The notes beneath the pieces are model-generated. The model saw only the letters and a list, made by a program, of their open reading frames with translations. It was not told the origin of the DNA and made no database searches. 64,000 nucleotides of DNA from Actinomycetales bacterium (GTDB taxonomy: Bacteria > Actinomycetota > Actinomycetes > Actinomycetales > Dermatophilaceae), in NCBI GenBank assembly GCA_038330415.1, contig JBBQNZ010000001.1, positions 16,467-80,466 of the forward strand. Reading direction: 5' to 3'. How positions within the stretch are numbered: position 1 is the stretch's first letter; every line of letters starts with the position of its first letter. The translations under genes were made by a program, and so were the position numbers. Below, one piece after another: positions 1 through 13,797 of this stretch.

Positions 1-37
1 GCCCGGACCGCGGCACCCCACGACAGCGAGGACCACG

Positions 38-544
38 ATGAGCACCGAGCACACCACCCCGACCGCCCCGTCCGCCCCCGTGGCCACCGGCCCCGGCGCC
101 TCGGCACCGGACTGCTCGTGCTGGTCGCGCCGCGAGAGCCTGATGGTGGCAGGGGTGGCCGTGGCCGGCACCGCCGGGCTCACCGCGTGCAGCTCGAGCG
201 CCGGGGACGCCGTGTCCAGCGCCGCCGGCTCCGCTGCCTCGGGGGCCGCCTCGGCCGCCAGCGACGCCATCGCCGCGGCCGACATCCCGGTGGGGGGTGG
301 GAAGGTCTTCGACAAGCTCAAGGTCGTCATCACCCAGCCGACCGCCGGCGACTTCAAGGCATTCTCGGCCGTGTGCACCCACCAGGGCTGCACCGTGAAC
401 GGCGTCTCGAACGGCGTCATCACCTGCCCGTGCCACGGCTCGACCTTCGACATCGCCACCGGTGAGGTCACGCAGGGGCCGGCGACCCAGGCGCTGCCCG
501 CCAAGAGCGTGTCGGTGGGCGCCGACGGCATCAAGGTCACCTGA
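38..544 (+). CDS. Secreted Rieske (2Fe-2S) domain lipoprotein
   Basis: 168 aa ORF. The N-terminus has a Tat-like SRRESL motif, a hydrophobic stretch and a lipobox LTAC. The C-terminus has Rieske cluster motifs CTHQGC and CPCHGS. Confidence 0.8.
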   Translation: MSTEHTTPTAPSAPVATGPGASAPDCSCWSRRESLMVAGVAVAGTAGLTACSSSAGDAVSSAAGSAASGAASAASDAIAAADIPVGGGKVFDKLKVVITQPTAGDFKAFSAVCTHQGCTVNGVSNGVITCPCHGSTFDIATGEVTQGPATQALPAKSVSVGADGIKVT

Positions 545-569
545 CGGACCCCGGTCGTAGGGTTGCCGG

Positions 570-2612
570 GTGGCTGACCCCTCGACCTATCGTCCCCGGC
601 CGGGCGAGATCCCGACCGACCCCGGCGTCTACCGGTTCCGTGACCGCGACGGCCGGGTCATCTACGTGGGCAAGGCCAAGAACCTGCGGCAGCGGTTGTC
701 CTCCTACTTCCAGGACGTCGCGGCGCTGCACCACCGCACCGCCACCATGGTGCGCACCGGCGCCAGCGTCGAGTGGACCGTCGTCACGACCGAGGTCGAG
801 GCCCTCCAGCTCGAGTACGCGTGGATCAAGGAGTTCGACCCGCGGTTCAACGTCAAGTACCGCGACGACAAGTCCTACCCGTACCTCGCGGTCACCTTGG
901 GCGAGGAGTACCCGCGGGCCCAGGTGATGCGCGGCGCCAAGCGCAAGGGCACCCGCTACTTCGGCCCCTACGCCCACGCCTGGGCGATCCGCGAGACCCT
1001 CGACCTCGCCCTGCGCGTCTTCCCGGTGCGCACCTGCTCCGCCGGGGTGTTCAAGCGGGCCAGCCAGGTCGGTCGCCCGTGCCTGCTGGGCTACATCGAC
1101 AAGTGCAGCGCCCCCTGCGTGGGCCGGGTCGACGCGGCGCGACACCGCGAGATCGCCGAGGACTTCTGCGACTTCATGGCCGGCGAGACCGGCCGCTTCG
1201 TCACCCGCCTCACCAAGGAGATGAAGGGGGCGGCCGCCGAGCTCGACTTCGAGCGGGCCGCCCGGCTGCGCGACGACATCGGGGCGCTGGAGCGCGTGCT
1301 CGAGAAGTCGGCCGTGGTGCTGCCCGACGCCACCGACGCCGACGTGTTCGCCCTGGCCGAGGACGAGCTCGAGGTGGCCGTGCAGCTCTTCCACGTGCGC
1401 GGCGGCCGGGTGCGCGGCCAGCGCGGCTGGGTGGCCGAGCGAGACGCCGAGACCACGCCCGAGGTCGTCGAGCACCTGCTCCAGCAGGTCTACGGCAGCG
1501 AGGCCGGTGACGCCGTGCCGCGTGAGGTGCTCGTGCCGGTGCTGCCCGACGACGCCGAGGCCCTCTCGCTGTGGCTGTCGACCCTGCGCGGCAGCCGGGT
1601 CGACCTGCGGGTGCCCCGCCGCGGCGACAAGCGCACCCTGATGGAGACCGTCTCCCGCAACGCCAGCCAGAGCCTGGCCCGGCACAAGGTGACAAGGGCC
1701 GGCGACCTCACCACCCGCAGCCAGGCGCTGCAGCAGCTGCAGGACACCCTCGAGCTCGACGAGGCCCCGCTGCGCATCGAGTGCTTCGACATCAGCCACG
1801 TGCAGGGCACCCAGGTCGTCGGCTCGATGGTCGTCTTCGAAGACGGCCTGCCGCGCAAGTCCGAGTACCGCCGGTTCATCGTTCGAGGCGACGAGACCGG
1901 GGCCACCGACGACACCGCCGCGATGCACGAGGTGCTCACCCGCCGGTTCCGCCGCGGTCGCGCCGAGGTCGAGCTCGCCGAGGTCGAGAGCGCCCAGGGC
2001 GAGAGTGCGCAGGGCGAGAGTGCACCGGCCGACGCGTCGGATGCCGCTGAGCCGGCCCCCGAGGTCGGGTCGCGCCCCGCTCGGTTCGCCTACCGGCCCA
2101 ACCTGGTCGTCGTCGACGGCGGGTTGCCGCAGGTCAACGCCGCCGCGCGGGCCCTGGAGGATGTCGGGGTCGTCGACGTCGCGGTCGTCGGGCTCGCCAA
2201 GCGGCTCGAGGAGGTCTGGGTGCCGGGGGAGGAGTACCCCGTGGTGCTGCCCCGCACCAGCGAGGGTCTCTACCTCCTGCAGCGGCTGCGCGACGAGGCG
2301 CACCGGTTCGCGATCACCTTCCACCGGCAGCGGCGCTCCAAGGCGATGACGACCAGCCAGCTCGACGGCATCCCGGGCCTGGGCGAGAAGCGCCGCAAGG
2401 CGCTGCTCAAGGCGTTCGGGTCGGTCAAGCGCATCCGGGCCGCCTCGGTCGACGAGCTGGCGGCCGTGCCCGGCATAGGGCCTGCGCTGGCAGCGGTGGT
2501 TGCGGCACAGTTGGGGTCGGGCGCCGACAGCATGCCGGCGGTCAACCTCGCCACCGGCGAGGTGGTCGACGACGAAGGGGCAGACCGTGGCGATCGAGCG
2601 GGCCGTGGCTGA
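570..2612 (+). CDS. uvrC: Excinuclease ABC subunit C
   Basis: 680 aa. GIY-YIG N-terminus ([28 protein letters not shown]), central endonuclease region, C-terminal helix-hairpin-helix ([19 protein letters not shown]). GTG start. Confidence 0.95.
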   Translation: MADPSTYRPRPGEIPTDPGVYRFRDRDGRVIYVGKAKNLRQRLSSYFQDVAALHHRTATMVRTGASVEWTVVTTEVEALQLEYAWIKEFDPRFNVKYRDDKSYPYLAVTLGEEYPRAQVMRGAKRKGTRYFGPYAHAWAIRETLDLALRVFPVRTCSAGVFKRASQVGRPCLLGYIDKCSAPCVGRVDAARHREIAEDFCDFMAGETGRFVTRLTKEMKGAAAELDFERAARLRDDIGALERVLEKSAVVLPDATDADVFALAEDELEVAVQLFHVRGGRVRGQRGWVAERDAETTPEVVEHLLQQVYGSEAGDAVPREVLVPVLPDDAEALSLWLSTLRGSRVDLRVPRRGDKRTLMETVSRNASQSLARHKVTRAGDLTTRSQALQQLQDTLELDEAPLRIECFDISHVQGTQVVGSMVVFEDGLPRKSEYRRFIVRGDETGATDDTAAMHEVLTRRFRRGRAEVELAEVESAQGESAQGESAPADASDAAEPAPEVGSRPARFAYRPNLVVVDGGLPQVNAAARALEDVGVVDVAVVGLAKRLEEVWVPGEEYPVVLPRTSEGLYLLQRLRDEAHRFAITFHRQRRSKAMTTSQLDGIPGLGEKRRKALLKAFGSVKRIRAASVDELAAVPGIGPALAAVVAAQLGSGADSMPAVNLATGEVVDDEGADRGDRAGRG

Positions 2613-3519
2613 CGACGAGCCGGAGGGCGGCGACGTCACGCCGGTGCCGCGTCCCACCGACTTCGTCATCGTGACGGGGATGAGCGGGGCGGGGCGATCG
2701 ACGGCCGCGAACGTCATCGAGGACCGCGGCTGGTACGTCGTCGACAACCTGCCGCCGCAGCTGCTCGCCGCCATGGCCGCCCTGGCGAGCGAGGTGCGCG
2801 ACTCCGGCGTGAGCGACCTGCAGCTCGCCGCCGTGGTCGACGTGCGGGCGAGGGCGTTCACCTCCGAGCTGCAGGCCGGGCTGGCTGCGCTGCGCGACGC
2901 CGGCTGGCACCCCCACCTGATCTTCCTCGACGCCACGGACGAGGCCCTGGTCCGCCGCTTCGAGAGCGTGCGGCGCCCACACCCGCTGCAGGGTGAGGGG
3001 CGGCTGCTCGACGGCATCCAGGCCGAGCGCGAGATGTTGGGAGACCTGCGCGCCGACGCCCAGGTCGTCATCGACACCTCGGGGCTGAACGTGCACCAGC
3101 TCGGGCGCAAGCTCACCCCGCTGCTCGGTGGGGAGGACGGGCCGACCGTGCGGCTGGCCCTGCTGTCGTTCGGCTTCAAGTACGGCGTGCCGCTCGACGC
3201 CGACTTCGTCTTCGACATGCGCTTCCTGCCCAACCCGTTCTGGGTGCCCGAGCTCAAGGCGCTCACCGGGGCCGATGCCCTGGTCGCCGACTGGGTCATG
3301 GGACAGCCGGGAGCCACCGAGTTCCTCGACCGCGTCGTCGCACTGATGGAGCCCGTCACCGAGGGCTACCTGCGCGAGGGGCGGCGCTACGCCACCATCG
3401 CGATCGGGTGCACCGGGGGCAAGCACCGCTCGGTGGCGATGACCCAGGCCGTCGCCGCCCGGCTCACGACCGAGCAGGTGGCCAGCTTCGTCGTGCACCG
3501 CGACCTGGGGCGCGAGTGA
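2587..3519 (+). CDS. rapZ: RNase adapter / nucleotide-binding protein RapZ (YvcJ family)
   Basis: Walker [10 protein letters not shown] and the conserved C-terminal block [14 protein letters not shown]. Start placed at GTG 2587, preceded by GAAGGGG. GTG 2605 is an alternative. The upstream part of ORF 2500..3519 overlaps the uvrC 3' end. Confidence 0.88.
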   Translation: MAIERAVADDEPEGGDVTPVPRPTDFVIVTGMSGAGRSTAANVIEDRGWYVVDNLPPQLLAAMAALASEVRDSGVSDLQLAAVVDVRARAFTSELQAGLAALRDAGWHPHLIFLDATDEALVRRFESVRRPHPLQGEGRLLDGIQAEREMLGDLRADAQVVIDTSGLNVHQLGRKLTPLLGGEDGPTVRLALLSFGFKYGVPLDADFVFDMRFLPNPFWVPELKALTGADALVADWVMGQPGATEFLDRVVALMEPVTEGYLREGRRYATIAIGCTGGKHRSVAMTQAVAARLTTEQVASFVVHRDLGRE

Positions 3520-4472
3520 CCGGGCCGGTCGTCGCCGCGCTGGGTGGCGGCCACGGCCTGGCCGCCACGCTCACCGCCCTGCGCTACGTCACCGACGAGA
3601 TCACCGCCATCGTCACGGTCGCCGATGACGGCGGCTCCTCCGGCCGGCTGCGCGACGAGTTCGGCGTGCTGCCCCCCGGCGACCTGCGGATGGCGCTCGC
3701 CGCGTTGTGCAGCGAGAGCGAGTGGGGCCAGACGTGGCGCGACGTGCTGCAGCACCGGTTCGCGGGCGACGGGCCGCTCGGTGGGCACAACCTGGGCAAC
3801 CTGCTGATCGTCGCCCTGTGGGAGCTGCACGACGACCCCGTCGCCGGGCTCGAGCTCGTGGGGCGGCTGCTCCAGGCGCAGGGCCGGGTGCTGCCGATGG
3901 CGGCGGTGCCGCTCACCATCGAGGCCGACGTCAGCGGGCTCGACCCCGACCAGCCGGATGCCGTGCGCACCGTCATCGGGCAGGCGCAGGTCGCCGTGAC
4001 CCCCGGTGAGGTGGGCGCCGTGCGCCTCGTGCCGGCGGACCCGCCGGCCTACCCCGAGTCGGTGGCCGCCATCCGCAGCGCCGACTGGGTGGTGCTGGGC
4101 CCGGGCTCGTGGTTCACCTCGGTGATGACCCACCTGCTGGTGCCCGAGCTCTCCGAGGCGCTCGGGGTGACCCGGGCGCGACGCCTCCTGGTGCTCAACC
4201 TCGACCCCGGGACGGGTGAGACGGCCGGCTTCAGTGCGGGGCGTCATCTCGAGACGTTCGTCACCCTCGCGCCCCATCTGCGCCTCGACGCCGTGCTCGC
4301 CGACCCTGCCGTCGTCGACGACGAAACGGCTTTGGCGCAACAGTGCCTGCGGCTCGGCGCGCAGCTGTTCGTGACCCCCGTGGGTCGCCGCGACCGACCC
4401 GGCGAGCACGACCCGCTGCGCTACGCCGCGGCCCTGCGGGACATTTTCACCACCCCGAGACCGGTCCGGTGA
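3516..4472 (+). CDS. yvcK: YvcK/CofD-family gluconeogenesis factor (CuvA-like)
   Basis: N-terminal GGGHGL motif and YvcK-like body. Its GTG overlaps the rapZ stop (GTGA). Conserved uvrC-rapZ-yvcK-whiA order. Confidence 0.88.
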   Translation: MTGPVVAALGGGHGLAATLTALRYVTDEITAIVTVADDGGSSGRLRDEFGVLPPGDLRMALAALCSESEWGQTWRDVLQHRFAGDGPLGGHNLGNLLIVALWELHDDPVAGLELVGRLLQAQGRVLPMAAVPLTIEADVSGLDPDQPDAVRTVIGQAQVAVTPGEVGAVRLVPADPPAYPESVAAIRSADWVVLGPGSWFTSVMTHLLVPELSEALGVTRARRLLVLNLDPGTGETAGFSAGRHLETFVTLAPHLRLDAVLADPAVVDDETALAQQCLRLGAQLFVTPVGRRDRPGEHDPLRYAAALRDIFTTPRPVR

Positions 4473-4483
4473 CGCGTGGCAGG

Positions 4484-5473
4484 ATGACCGCCATGGCAAT
4501 GACGGCAAAGGTGAAGGACGAGCTGAGCAGGCACGTGGTGACCAAGCCGTGCTGCCGCAAGTCCGAGGTCGCCGCCACACTGAGGTTCGCCGGGGGGCTG
4601 CACATCATCGGGGGCCGCATCGTGGTCGAGGCCGAGCTCGACACCGCCAACGCCGCCCGGCGGCTGCGGCGTGAGCTCACCGAGGTCTACGGCCACACCC
4701 CCGAGGTGCTGGTGCTGGCGGCCGGAGGGCTGCGCAAGGGCAGCCGCTATGTCGTGCGGGTCGTGCAGGACGGCGAGTCACTGGCCCGGCAGACCGGGCT
4801 GATCGACAGCCGCGGCCGCCCGGTGCGCGGGCTGCCGCCCAAGGTCGTGAGCGGCTCGGTGTGCGACGCCGAGGCCGCCTGGCGGGGGGCCTTCCTCGCC
4901 CACGGCTCACTCACCGAGCCGGGCCGCTCCTCGGCGCTGGAGATCACCTGCCCCGGGCCCGAGGCGGCACTCGCCCTGGTCGGGGCGGCCCGCCGGATGG
5001 GCATCTCGGCCAAGGCCCGCGAGGTGCGCGGGGTCGACCGGGTCGTCATCCGCGACGGCGACGCCATCGGGGTGATGCTCACCCGGCTCGGCGCCCACGA
5101 CGCCGTGCTCGCCTGGGAGGAGCGCCGCATCCGGCGCGAGGTGCGCGCCACCGCCAACCGGCTGGCCAACTTCGACGACGCCAACCTGCGCCGCTCGGCC
5201 CGCGCGGCCGTGGCCGCCGGGGCTCGGGTGGAGCGGGCGCTGGAGATCCTCGGCGACGACATCCCAGACCACCTGCGCGAGGCCGGTGAGCTGCGCCTGC
5301 AGCACAAGGATGCCTCGCTCGAAGAGCTCGGCCAGCTGGCCCAGCCGCCGATGACCAAGGACGCCGTGGCCGGCCGCATCCGCCGTCTGCTCGCGATGGC
5401 CGACAAGCGGGCGTCCGATGACGGCATCCCCAACACCGAGGCCGGGCTCACGCCGGACATGCTCGACACCTGA
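4484..5473 (+). CDS. whiA: DNA-binding sporulation/cell-division regulator WhiA
   Basis: Starts [16 protein letters not shown] at ATG 4484, preceded by AGG. C-terminal HTH region ([24 protein letters not shown]). Conserved position after yvcK. Confidence 0.92.
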   Translation: MTAMAMTAKVKDELSRHVVTKPCCRKSEVAATLRFAGGLHIIGGRIVVEAELDTANAARRLRRELTEVYGHTPEVLVLAAGGLRKGSRYVVRVVQDGESLARQTGLIDSRGRPVRGLPPKVVSGSVCDAEAAWRGAFLAHGSLTEPGRSSALEITCPGPEAALALVGAARRMGISAKAREVRGVDRVVIRDGDAIGVMLTRLGAHDAVLAWEERRIRREVRATANRLANFDDANLRRSARAAVAAGARVERALEILGDDIPDHLREAGELRLQHKDASLEELGQLAQPPMTKDAVAGRIRRLLAMADKRASDDGIPNTEAGLTPDMLDT

Positions 5474-5476
5474 GCC

Positions 5477-5947
5477 GTGGCGAACCTGCTGCAGTGGGCC
5501 CCCGCCACGACCGAGGGGGCCTTCTGGTTCGTCGTCGACCACGTGGCGACCCGGTGGACCGAGGGCCCGCAGACCTGGTACGACCTCACCGCGGAGCAGC
5601 GCACGGTGCTGGTGCTGGGGGTCTGGCGCCAGTCGGTGCAGACCGGGGGGTTCCAGGAGTACTTCCGCTACGACAGCGCCGACACCGCCATGGAGGCGCT
5701 CGACGCGGCGCGGCTGCTGCCGCCCGGCTACCGGGCGGTGCTGGCGGATGCCGTGCGCGTGTTCGGCCTGCCGTACCCGACCGACGTGTGGGCCCGCGAG
5801 GAGATCCTCGACGAGGTGCTCGCCCGCGACCCCTTCCGCCTCGACGAGGTCGACATGGCGATGCGCGCGCTGGAGCGCGAGGAGCCGTGCGACGGCATCC
5901 TCGACGCCTGGGTCTGGTCGCACCGCGCGGCCTTCTTCGACGGCTGA
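5477..5947 (+). CDS. DUF4375 / DMP19-like (DNA-mimic-like) protein, function unknown
   Basis: 156 aa with high third-position GC. GTG start 4 nt after the whiA stop. Core block VWRQSVQTGGFQEYFRYDSADTAMEALDAARLL resembles the NGGFxQ(F/Y)F signature of the DMP19/DUF4375 family. Assigned from memory, not searched. Confidence 0.6.
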   Translation: MANLLQWAPATTEGAFWFVVDHVATRWTEGPQTWYDLTAEQRTVLVLGVWRQSVQTGGFQEYFRYDSADTAMEALDAARLLPPGYRAVLADAVRVFGLPYPTDVWAREEILDEVLARDPFRLDEVDMAMRALEREEPCDGILDAWVWSHRAAFFDG

Positions 5948-6067
5948 GGACCGGAGCAGATCGGGAAAGCCGGGCGCGTGCGAAAGCGGTTACTCGCCCG
6001 TACGCCGGACGGTGTGGGGAGCCCCTGCGGACAGGTCTAGGGTGGAGGTGACCCAAGGTGCCGCTGA

Positions 6068-7111
<1,044 letters not shown>

Positions 7112-7133
7112 AGCGAACGGGACCGATCCGACC

Positions 7134-8330
7134 ATGGGTGACATCGCCTCCCTCGGCGACCTGCGCGGCAAGCGCGTGCTCGTCCGCTCCGACCTCAACG
7201 TGCCGCTCGACGGAACGACGATCACGGACGACGGACGCATCCGGGCGTCGGTCCCGACCATCTCGAGCCTCGCCGAGGCGGGCGCACGCGTCATCGTGTG
7301 CGCCCACCTCGGCCGGCCCAAGGGCGCTCCGGAGGAGCGCTACTCGCTGGCCCCGCTCGTGAGCCGGCTCTCCGAGCTGCTCGGTCGCCCGGTCACCTTC
7401 GCCACCGACACGGTGGGCGAGAGTGCCCAGGCGGCCGTCGCGGGCATGTCCGACGGTGACGTCGTGCTGCTCGAGAACCTCCGCTTCAACCCCGGCGAGA
7501 CCGCCAAGCCCGACGACGAGCGCGCCGAGTTCGCCGACGCCCTCGCCGGCCTGGCCGACGCCTACGTCTCCGACGGCTTCGGCGTGGTGCACCGCAAGCA
7601 GGCATCGGTCTACGACGTCGCCACCCGGCTCCCGGCGGCGATGGGTGGCCTGGTCGCCACCGAGGTCGAGGTGCTCAAGCGCCTCACCGTCGACCCCGAG
7701 CGCCCGTACGCCGTGGTGCTCGGCGGCGCGAAGGTCGCCGACAAGCTGGCCGTCATCGACAACCTGATGCAGACCGCCGACCGCCTGCTCATCGGCGGGG
7801 GCATGCTCTTCACCTTCCTCGCGGCCCAGGGCCACGAGATCGGGAAGAGCCTGTTCGACGCCGAGAGCGTCGACGCCTGCAAGGACTACCTGCAGCGCGC
7901 GCAGGCCACCGGGGTCGAGATCGTGCTGCCCGTCGACATCGTGTGCGGCCGCGAGTTCTCCGCCGACACCGAGACCGTCACGGTCGCGGCCGACGCCATC
8001 CCCGCCGACATGATCGGCCTGGACATCGGCCCCAGGTCGGCGCAGCTCTACGCCGAGAAGCTCGCCGACACCCGCACCGTCTTCTGGAACGGCCCGATGG
8101 GCGCCTTCGAGATGGCGCCGTTCGCCGCGGGCACCCGCCGGCTGGCCGAGGCGCTCGTCGAGGTCACCGAGAAGGGCGCCCTGACCGTCGTCGGCGGCGG
8201 CGACTCTGCGGCCGCGGTGCGCCAGCTCGGCTTCCGCGACGACCAGTTCGGCCACATCTCCACCGGTGGCGGCGCATCGCTGGAGTACCTCGAGGGCAAG
8301 GAACTGCCCGGCATCGCCATCCTGTCCTGA
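7134..8330 (+). CDS. pgk: Phosphoglycerate kinase
   Basis: 398 aa. N-terminal [22 protein letters not shown] and GGGDSAAAV blocks typical of Pgk. gap-pgk-tpiA order. Confidence 0.97.
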   Translation: MGDIASLGDLRGKRVLVRSDLNVPLDGTTITDDGRIRASVPTISSLAEAGARVIVCAHLGRPKGAPEERYSLAPLVSRLSELLGRPVTFATDTVGESAQAAVAGMSDGDVVLLENLRFNPGETAKPDDERAEFADALAGLADAYVSDGFGVVHRKQASVYDVATRLPAAMGGLVATEVEVLKRLTVDPERPYAVVLGGAKVADKLAVIDNLMQTADRLLIGGGMLFTFLAAQGHEIGKSLFDAESVDACKDYLQRAQATGVEIVLPVDIVCGREFSADTETVTVAADAIPADMIGLDIGPRSAQLYAEKLADTRTVFWNGPMGAFEMAPFAAGTRRLAEALVEVTEKGALTVVGGGDSAAAVRQLGFRDDQFGHISTGGGASLEYLEGKELPGIAILS

Positions 8331-8360
8331 CCCCGCACGACCGTTCACCAAGGAGCACCC

Positions 8361-9158
8361 ATGGCCTCCGGCCGCACCCCCCTCATGGCGGGGAACTGGA
8401 AGATGAACCTGGACCACCTCCAGGCCACCCACCTCGTGCAGAAGCTCGACTGGACCCTCAAGGACGGCAAGCACGACTTCGGTGCCGTCGAGGTGGCGGT
8501 GCTGCCGCCGTTCACCGACATCCGCAGCGTGCAGACGCTGATCGACGGTGACCGCCTCGAGCTCAAGCACGGCGCCCAGGACCTCTCCATGCACGACGCC
8601 GGCGCCTACACGGGCGAGATCAGCGGGGCCTTCCTCGCCAAGCTCGGCTGTGCCTACGTCACGGTCGGCCACAGCGAGCGGCGCGAGTACCACGCCGAGG
8701 GCGACGAGGTCGTCAACGCCAAGGTGCAGGCCGCCTTCCGGCACGGCATCACGCCGATCTTCTGCTGTGGCGAGGGCCTCGACATCCGTCAGGCCGGCAC
8801 CCACGTCGAGCACGTGCTCGCCCAGGTCGAGGCCGGTCTGAAGGACGTGCCCGTCGAGCAGGCCAGGAGCGTCGTCGTCGCCTACGAGCCGATCTGGGCC
8901 ATCGGCACCGGTGAGGTCGCCACGCCCGAGGACGCCCAGGAGGTGTGCGCCGCCATCCGCACCAAGCTCGCCGAGCTCTACAGCGGCGACGTCGCCGACG
9001 GCATCCGGGTGCTCTACGGCGGCTCGGTGAAGTCGGGCAACGTCGCGGCCATCATGGCCAAGGAGGACGTCGACGGTGCACTGGTCGGTGGGGCCTCGAT
9101 CGACCCGGTCGAGTTCGCCGCGATCTGCCGCTTCCGCGACCACCTGCAGACCTCCTGA
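8361..9158 (+). CDS. tpiA: Triosephosphate isomerase
   Basis: MAGNWKMN N-terminus, [18 protein letters not shown] catalytic loop. 265 aa. Confidence 0.97.
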   Translation: MASGRTPLMAGNWKMNLDHLQATHLVQKLDWTLKDGKHDFGAVEVAVLPPFTDIRSVQTLIDGDRLELKHGAQDLSMHDAGAYTGEISGAFLAKLGCAYVTVGHSERREYHAEGDEVVNAKVQAAFRHGITPIFCCGEGLDIRQAGTHVEHVLAQVEAGLKDVPVEQARSVVVAYEPIWAIGTGEVATPEDAQEVCAAIRTKLAELYSGDVADGIRVLYGGSVKSGNVAAIMAKEDVDGALVGGASIDPVEFAAICRFRDHLQTS

Positions 9159-9164
9159 CCCCGG

Positions 9165-9202
9165 CCGTTCGAGGTGCCTACCGCGGTCGGCACCTCGAAC
9201 GG
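9165..9202 (+). terminator. Perfect 14-bp stem hairpin after tpiA (terminator or attenuator before secG)
   Basis: CCGTTCGAGGTGCC, a 10-nt loop, then GGCACCTCGAACGG, followed by TTAT. It begins 7 nt after the tpiA stop. Confidence 0.45.
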
Positions 9203-9245
9203 TTATCCTTGAGCGGTTGCCCCCGACCCACCCGAAGGACTGCTC

Positions 9246-9488
9246 GTGCAAGCGGTACAAATCGGCCTTGAGATCCTCCTGGTCATCACCGGCCTGTTCC
9301 TGACCCTGCTGATCCTGTTGCACAAGGGCAAGGGCGGTGGCCTGTCCGACATGTTCGGTGGTGGCATGTCCAGCTCACTGGGTGGCAGCTCGGTCGCCGA
9401 GCGCAACCTCGACCGGATCACCGTCGGGGTCGCACTGGTGTGGTTCACGGTCGTCGTGGGCCTCGGCGTCCTTGCTCGCTTCGCCTGA
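9246..9488 (+). CDS. secG: Preprotein translocase subunit SecG
   Basis: 80 aa, two hydrophobic segments flanking the glycine-rich loop GKGGGLSDMFGGG. Conserved position after tpiA. Confidence 0.85.
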   Translation: MQAVQIGLEILLVITGLFLTLLILLHKGKGGGLSDMFGGGMSSSLGGSSVAERNLDRITVGVALVWFTVVVGLGVLARFA

Positions 9489-9503
9489 CAGGAATAGGTA
9501 GAC

Positions 9504-9854
9504 ATGGCTGGTGGTAACGCGATCCGTGGGTCGCGCGTCGGTGCGGGCCCGATGGGCGAGGCCGAGCGCGGCGAGGTGGCCCCCCGGGTGCACATCTCGT
9601 TCTGGTGCTCCAACGCGCACGAGACCAGGCCGAGCTTCTCCGAGGAGCCCGGCCTGGCCATCCCCGAGCAGTGGGACTGCCCGCGCTGCGGCCTCCCGGC
9701 CGGTCGCGACAGGGAGAACCCCCCGGCGGCGCCGCGGGTGGAGCCCTACAAGACCCACCTGGCCTACGTGAAGGAGCGCCGCTCCGACGAAGACGGCGAA
9801 GCCATCCTCGACGAGGCGCTGCAGACGCTGCGCGACCGCGGCCTGATCCAGTAG
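9504..9854 (+). CDS. rbpA: RNA polymerase-binding protein RbpA
   Basis: 116 aa. N-terminal GSRVGAG, zinc-ribbon-like residues (WCSNAHE ... CPRCG), and a C-terminal basic linker plus sigma-interaction helix (YKTHLAYVKERRS). Confidence 0.85.
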   Translation: MAGGNAIRGSRVGAGPMGEAERGEVAPRVHISFWCSNAHETRPSFSEEPGLAIPEQWDCPRCGLPAGRDRENPPAAPRVEPYKTHLAYVKERRSDEDGEAILDEALQTLRDRGLIQ

Positions 9855-9873
9855 ATCCGGCAGGACCGCGAGG

Positions 9874-10380
9874 TCAGCTGCGGCCGACCTGCCCGAGGTG
9901 GCCGACGACGCCGCTGATCCAGCCCCGCTCGCGCCCCAGCCAGCGGGTCGCCACCAGCATCCGGGTCACGACCGGCACGCTACGGCGTGGCGGCTCCACG
10001 GCCAGGTCGGTGCCGAACGGGTCGGTCGCCACGACCCACCGGTAGCCGCCGGCGGTGACCAGGTGGTCGCCGATCGCGGTGCCGAGCAGCTCGACGACCG
10101 TCGAGGAGTCCTCGTCGCCGTGGCTGTCCAGGGCGCGGTCGTAGGCGGCGGCGATGCTGTCGAGGTCGGCCGGGTCGATGCGGTGCGCGGCGTAGCCCGC
10201 GCGCACCGACTCCAGGGCCGCCTCCTCGTCGGCGGTGAGCCGGCGGATGCCGATCTCCTCGACCGCCTCGATGCCCTCGAGGCCGTCGCCGTCACCGGCG
10301 CCGCTCACGGCATCCGGGTCGTCGTCGGGCTGGGGGGAGGAGTCGTCGTCACGTCCGCGCAGCTTGTCGAGGAAGCCCAT
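9874..10380 (-). CDS. Hypothetical acidic protein (possibly DUF3806-like), last gene of the pentose-phosphate operon
   Basis: ATG at 10380 lies 5 nt downstream of the pgl stop. Product starts MGFLDKLRGRDDDSS, with an Asp/Gly-rich N-terminus and a globular C-terminal half. The upstream part of ORF 9874..10563 overlaps pgl and is not used. Confidence 0.55.
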   Translation of the reverse strand: MGFLDKLRGRDDDSSPQPDDDPDAVSGAGDGDGLEGIEAVEEIGIRRLTADEEAALESVRAGYAAHRIDPADLDSIAAAYDRALDSHGDEDSSTVVELLGTAIGDHLVTAGGYRWVVATDPFGTDLAVEPPRRSVPVVTRMLVATRWLGRERGWISGVVGHLGQVGRS

Positions 10381-10385
10381 CTCGC

Positions 10386-11123
10386 TCAGCGCTCCAGGTC
10401 GGCTGCGGCGTCGGTGTCGACGAGCCACAGGGTGCGATCCACGCCGTGCACGTGCGCGGCGGGGGTGGTTTCGAAGGGCGCGCCGGTGACCCCACGCCGC
10501 ACGGCGTCGGCCTTGTCGGCGCCGCTGACGAGGAACCACACCTCGCGCGAGCGCTCGAGGCACTCGCGGGTCAGCGACACCCGGGTCGGGGGCGGCTTGG
10601 GGGAGTCGTGCACGGCCACCGCGGGAGCGCCGACCTCCCGGGCCGTCGGGTGGTTGGGGAAGAGCGACGCGACGTGGCCGTCGGGCCCGACGCCGAGCAC
10701 CATCACGTCGAACAGGTCGGCGCCGGCGGCGTGCAGGGCGTCGCTGTAGGCCCGAGCGCTCTGCTCGGCGGACTCGCTCTGGTCGGGGCCGAGCACGCGG
10801 TGCACGTGGGCCGGGTCGAGGCCGAGGCCCGCGAGCCCGGCGGCGTCGTTCTGGGTGTCGTTGCGGTCGGCGTCGCCGGCCGGTAGCCAGCGCTCGTCAC
10901 CCCACCAGACGTGCACTTGCGACCAGTCGACGGCGTCGCGGGCCGGCACGGCACAGACCGACTCGATGAACCGCGAGCCCATCGAGCCGCCGGTCATCGA
11001 CACGTGGGCCACCCCGCGCGCCGACTGGGCGTCGACGACCGCCACGACCAGCCGGGCGGCAGCGGCATCGGCGAGGGCCTGCCGCCCCCGGTGCACCACC
11101 ACGGTGGCTGCGGTTTCGGTCAT
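10386..11123 (-). CDS. pgl: 6-phosphogluconolactonase
   Basis: Motifs SMTGGS, VWWGDERW and VLGVGPDGHVASLFP. ATGA overlap with the opcA stop. Confidence 0.9.
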   Translation of the reverse strand: MTETAATVVVHRGRQALADAAAARLVVAVVDAQSARGVAHVSMTGGSMGSRFIESVCAVPARDAVDWSQVHVWWGDERWLPAGDADRNDTQNDAAGLAGLGLDPAHVHRVLGPDQSESAEQSARAYSDALHAAGADLFDVMVLGVGPDGHVASLFPNHPTAREVGAPAVAVHDSPKPPPTRVSLTRECLERSREVWFLVSGADKADAVRRGVTGAPFETTPAAHVHGVDRTLWLVDTDAAADLER

Positions 11124-12252
11124 GAGCGGCGCTCCTTCACCTCGGACAGCTGCTTGGCGGCGGCCTGCTTCACCGCTGCGGGGTCATCGGCCTTGCCGGG
11201 CATCGGCATCGCCTCGACCATCTGACTGCTGGCGCTGGCCCGGGCGGCCTTGCGCAGCCGGACCGCGGTGCGCTCGGCCTCGGCCACCGAGGGCGCCCGG
11301 CCGGCGCGGATCGCCTCGGTGGCGGTCTGCCGTGACACGGTGCACGCCCGAAGGCCGGTCACCAGGGCGTCCTCGTAGACCTCGTCGGGGTCCAGGCGGC
11401 GCAGCTCGTCGGCCAGGCACTCGGCGTCCGAGCGGTGGGGGAGCGCCAGCGTGCGCACCGGCTGGCCGGGCTGGGACAGCGTGGCGGTGTTGCCGTCGAG
11501 CGGGCGCACAAGGTCGACGGTGCCGCTCGCTCGCTCCAGCCGCACCGAGATGATGCCGCTGCGGTTGCGGGCGCGGGCGATGACGACCGGGCACTTCAGC
11601 CGCACTGCCAGCCAGCCGGCGAGCAGGTCACCCGAGGGGGAGTCGGTGGCGGCCACGACCGTGACGCTCGTGACCTGATCGTAGGGTGGCTGGTCGAGCG
11701 CCGCGGCGAGCAGGCCTCGCCACAGGGTGATGCGCGACCACGCCAGGTCGGTGTCGCCGTCGACGTAACCGGCGGCGAGGCGACGCAGCACGGAGCGCGG
11801 CGCCGAGCTGGACTGGGCGGAGTCGGTGACCCGGCGCTGCGCCATCGCCCCGACCGGGTCGGCCGAGGGCCTGCTCGGCCCGTGGGTGGGCCACCACGCG
11901 ACGATGGGGGAGTCGGCCAGCAGCAGCGGTGTGACGACGGCCCGGCCGTGGTTCGCGAGCTTGCCGTAGAGCCGCAGCACCACGACCTCGGACGCCCCCG
12001 CGTCGCCGCCGAGCCGGATCTGGGCGTCGAGCCGGGCGGCACCGCGCTTGTTCCCGGCCACCACGACGATGATCCGGCAGGGGTGCTGGCGGCTGGCCCG
12101 GTTGGCCGTCTCGATCGCGGCGTCGGCGTCGGACTCGTCGACGACGACGAGCAGGGTGAGCACCCGGGACAGCGCCATCGAGCCGGTGTCGGCGCGCAGC
12201 CGCACCAGCTTCTTGGCGACGTCGGCGGTGGTGGTGCTGGGCAGGTCGACGA

Positions 12253-12268
<16 letters not shown>
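11120..12268 (-). CDS. opcA: Glucose-6-phosphate dehydrogenase assembly protein OpcA
   Basis: 382 aa, located between zwf and pgl as in other actinobacteria. OpcA-like sequence. GTG start overlaps the zwf 3' end by 16 nt. Confidence 0.88.

Positions 12269-13793
<1,525 letters not shown>

Positions 13794-13797
<4 letters not shown>

Noticed and set aside
1981-2020. Short tandem repeat inside uvrC encoding [10 protein letters not shown].
   Set aside because: It is an in-frame low-complexity linker insertion between UvrC domains. Nothing suggests a function beyond linker-length variation.
537-3359. 940-aa minus-strand ORF antisense to uvrC/rapZ. Similar giant antisense ORFs occur elsewhere, e.g. 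7074..9323 (-), 18406..21228 (+), 53661..56510 (+), 22206..23765 (-) and 49217..51016 (-).
   Set aside because: Their products are Arg/Ala/Gly/Pro-rich and low in complexity, with no recognisable motifs. They lie opposite genes with unambiguous conserved motifs. This is a typical stop-codon-poor antisense artefact of very high-GC DNA.
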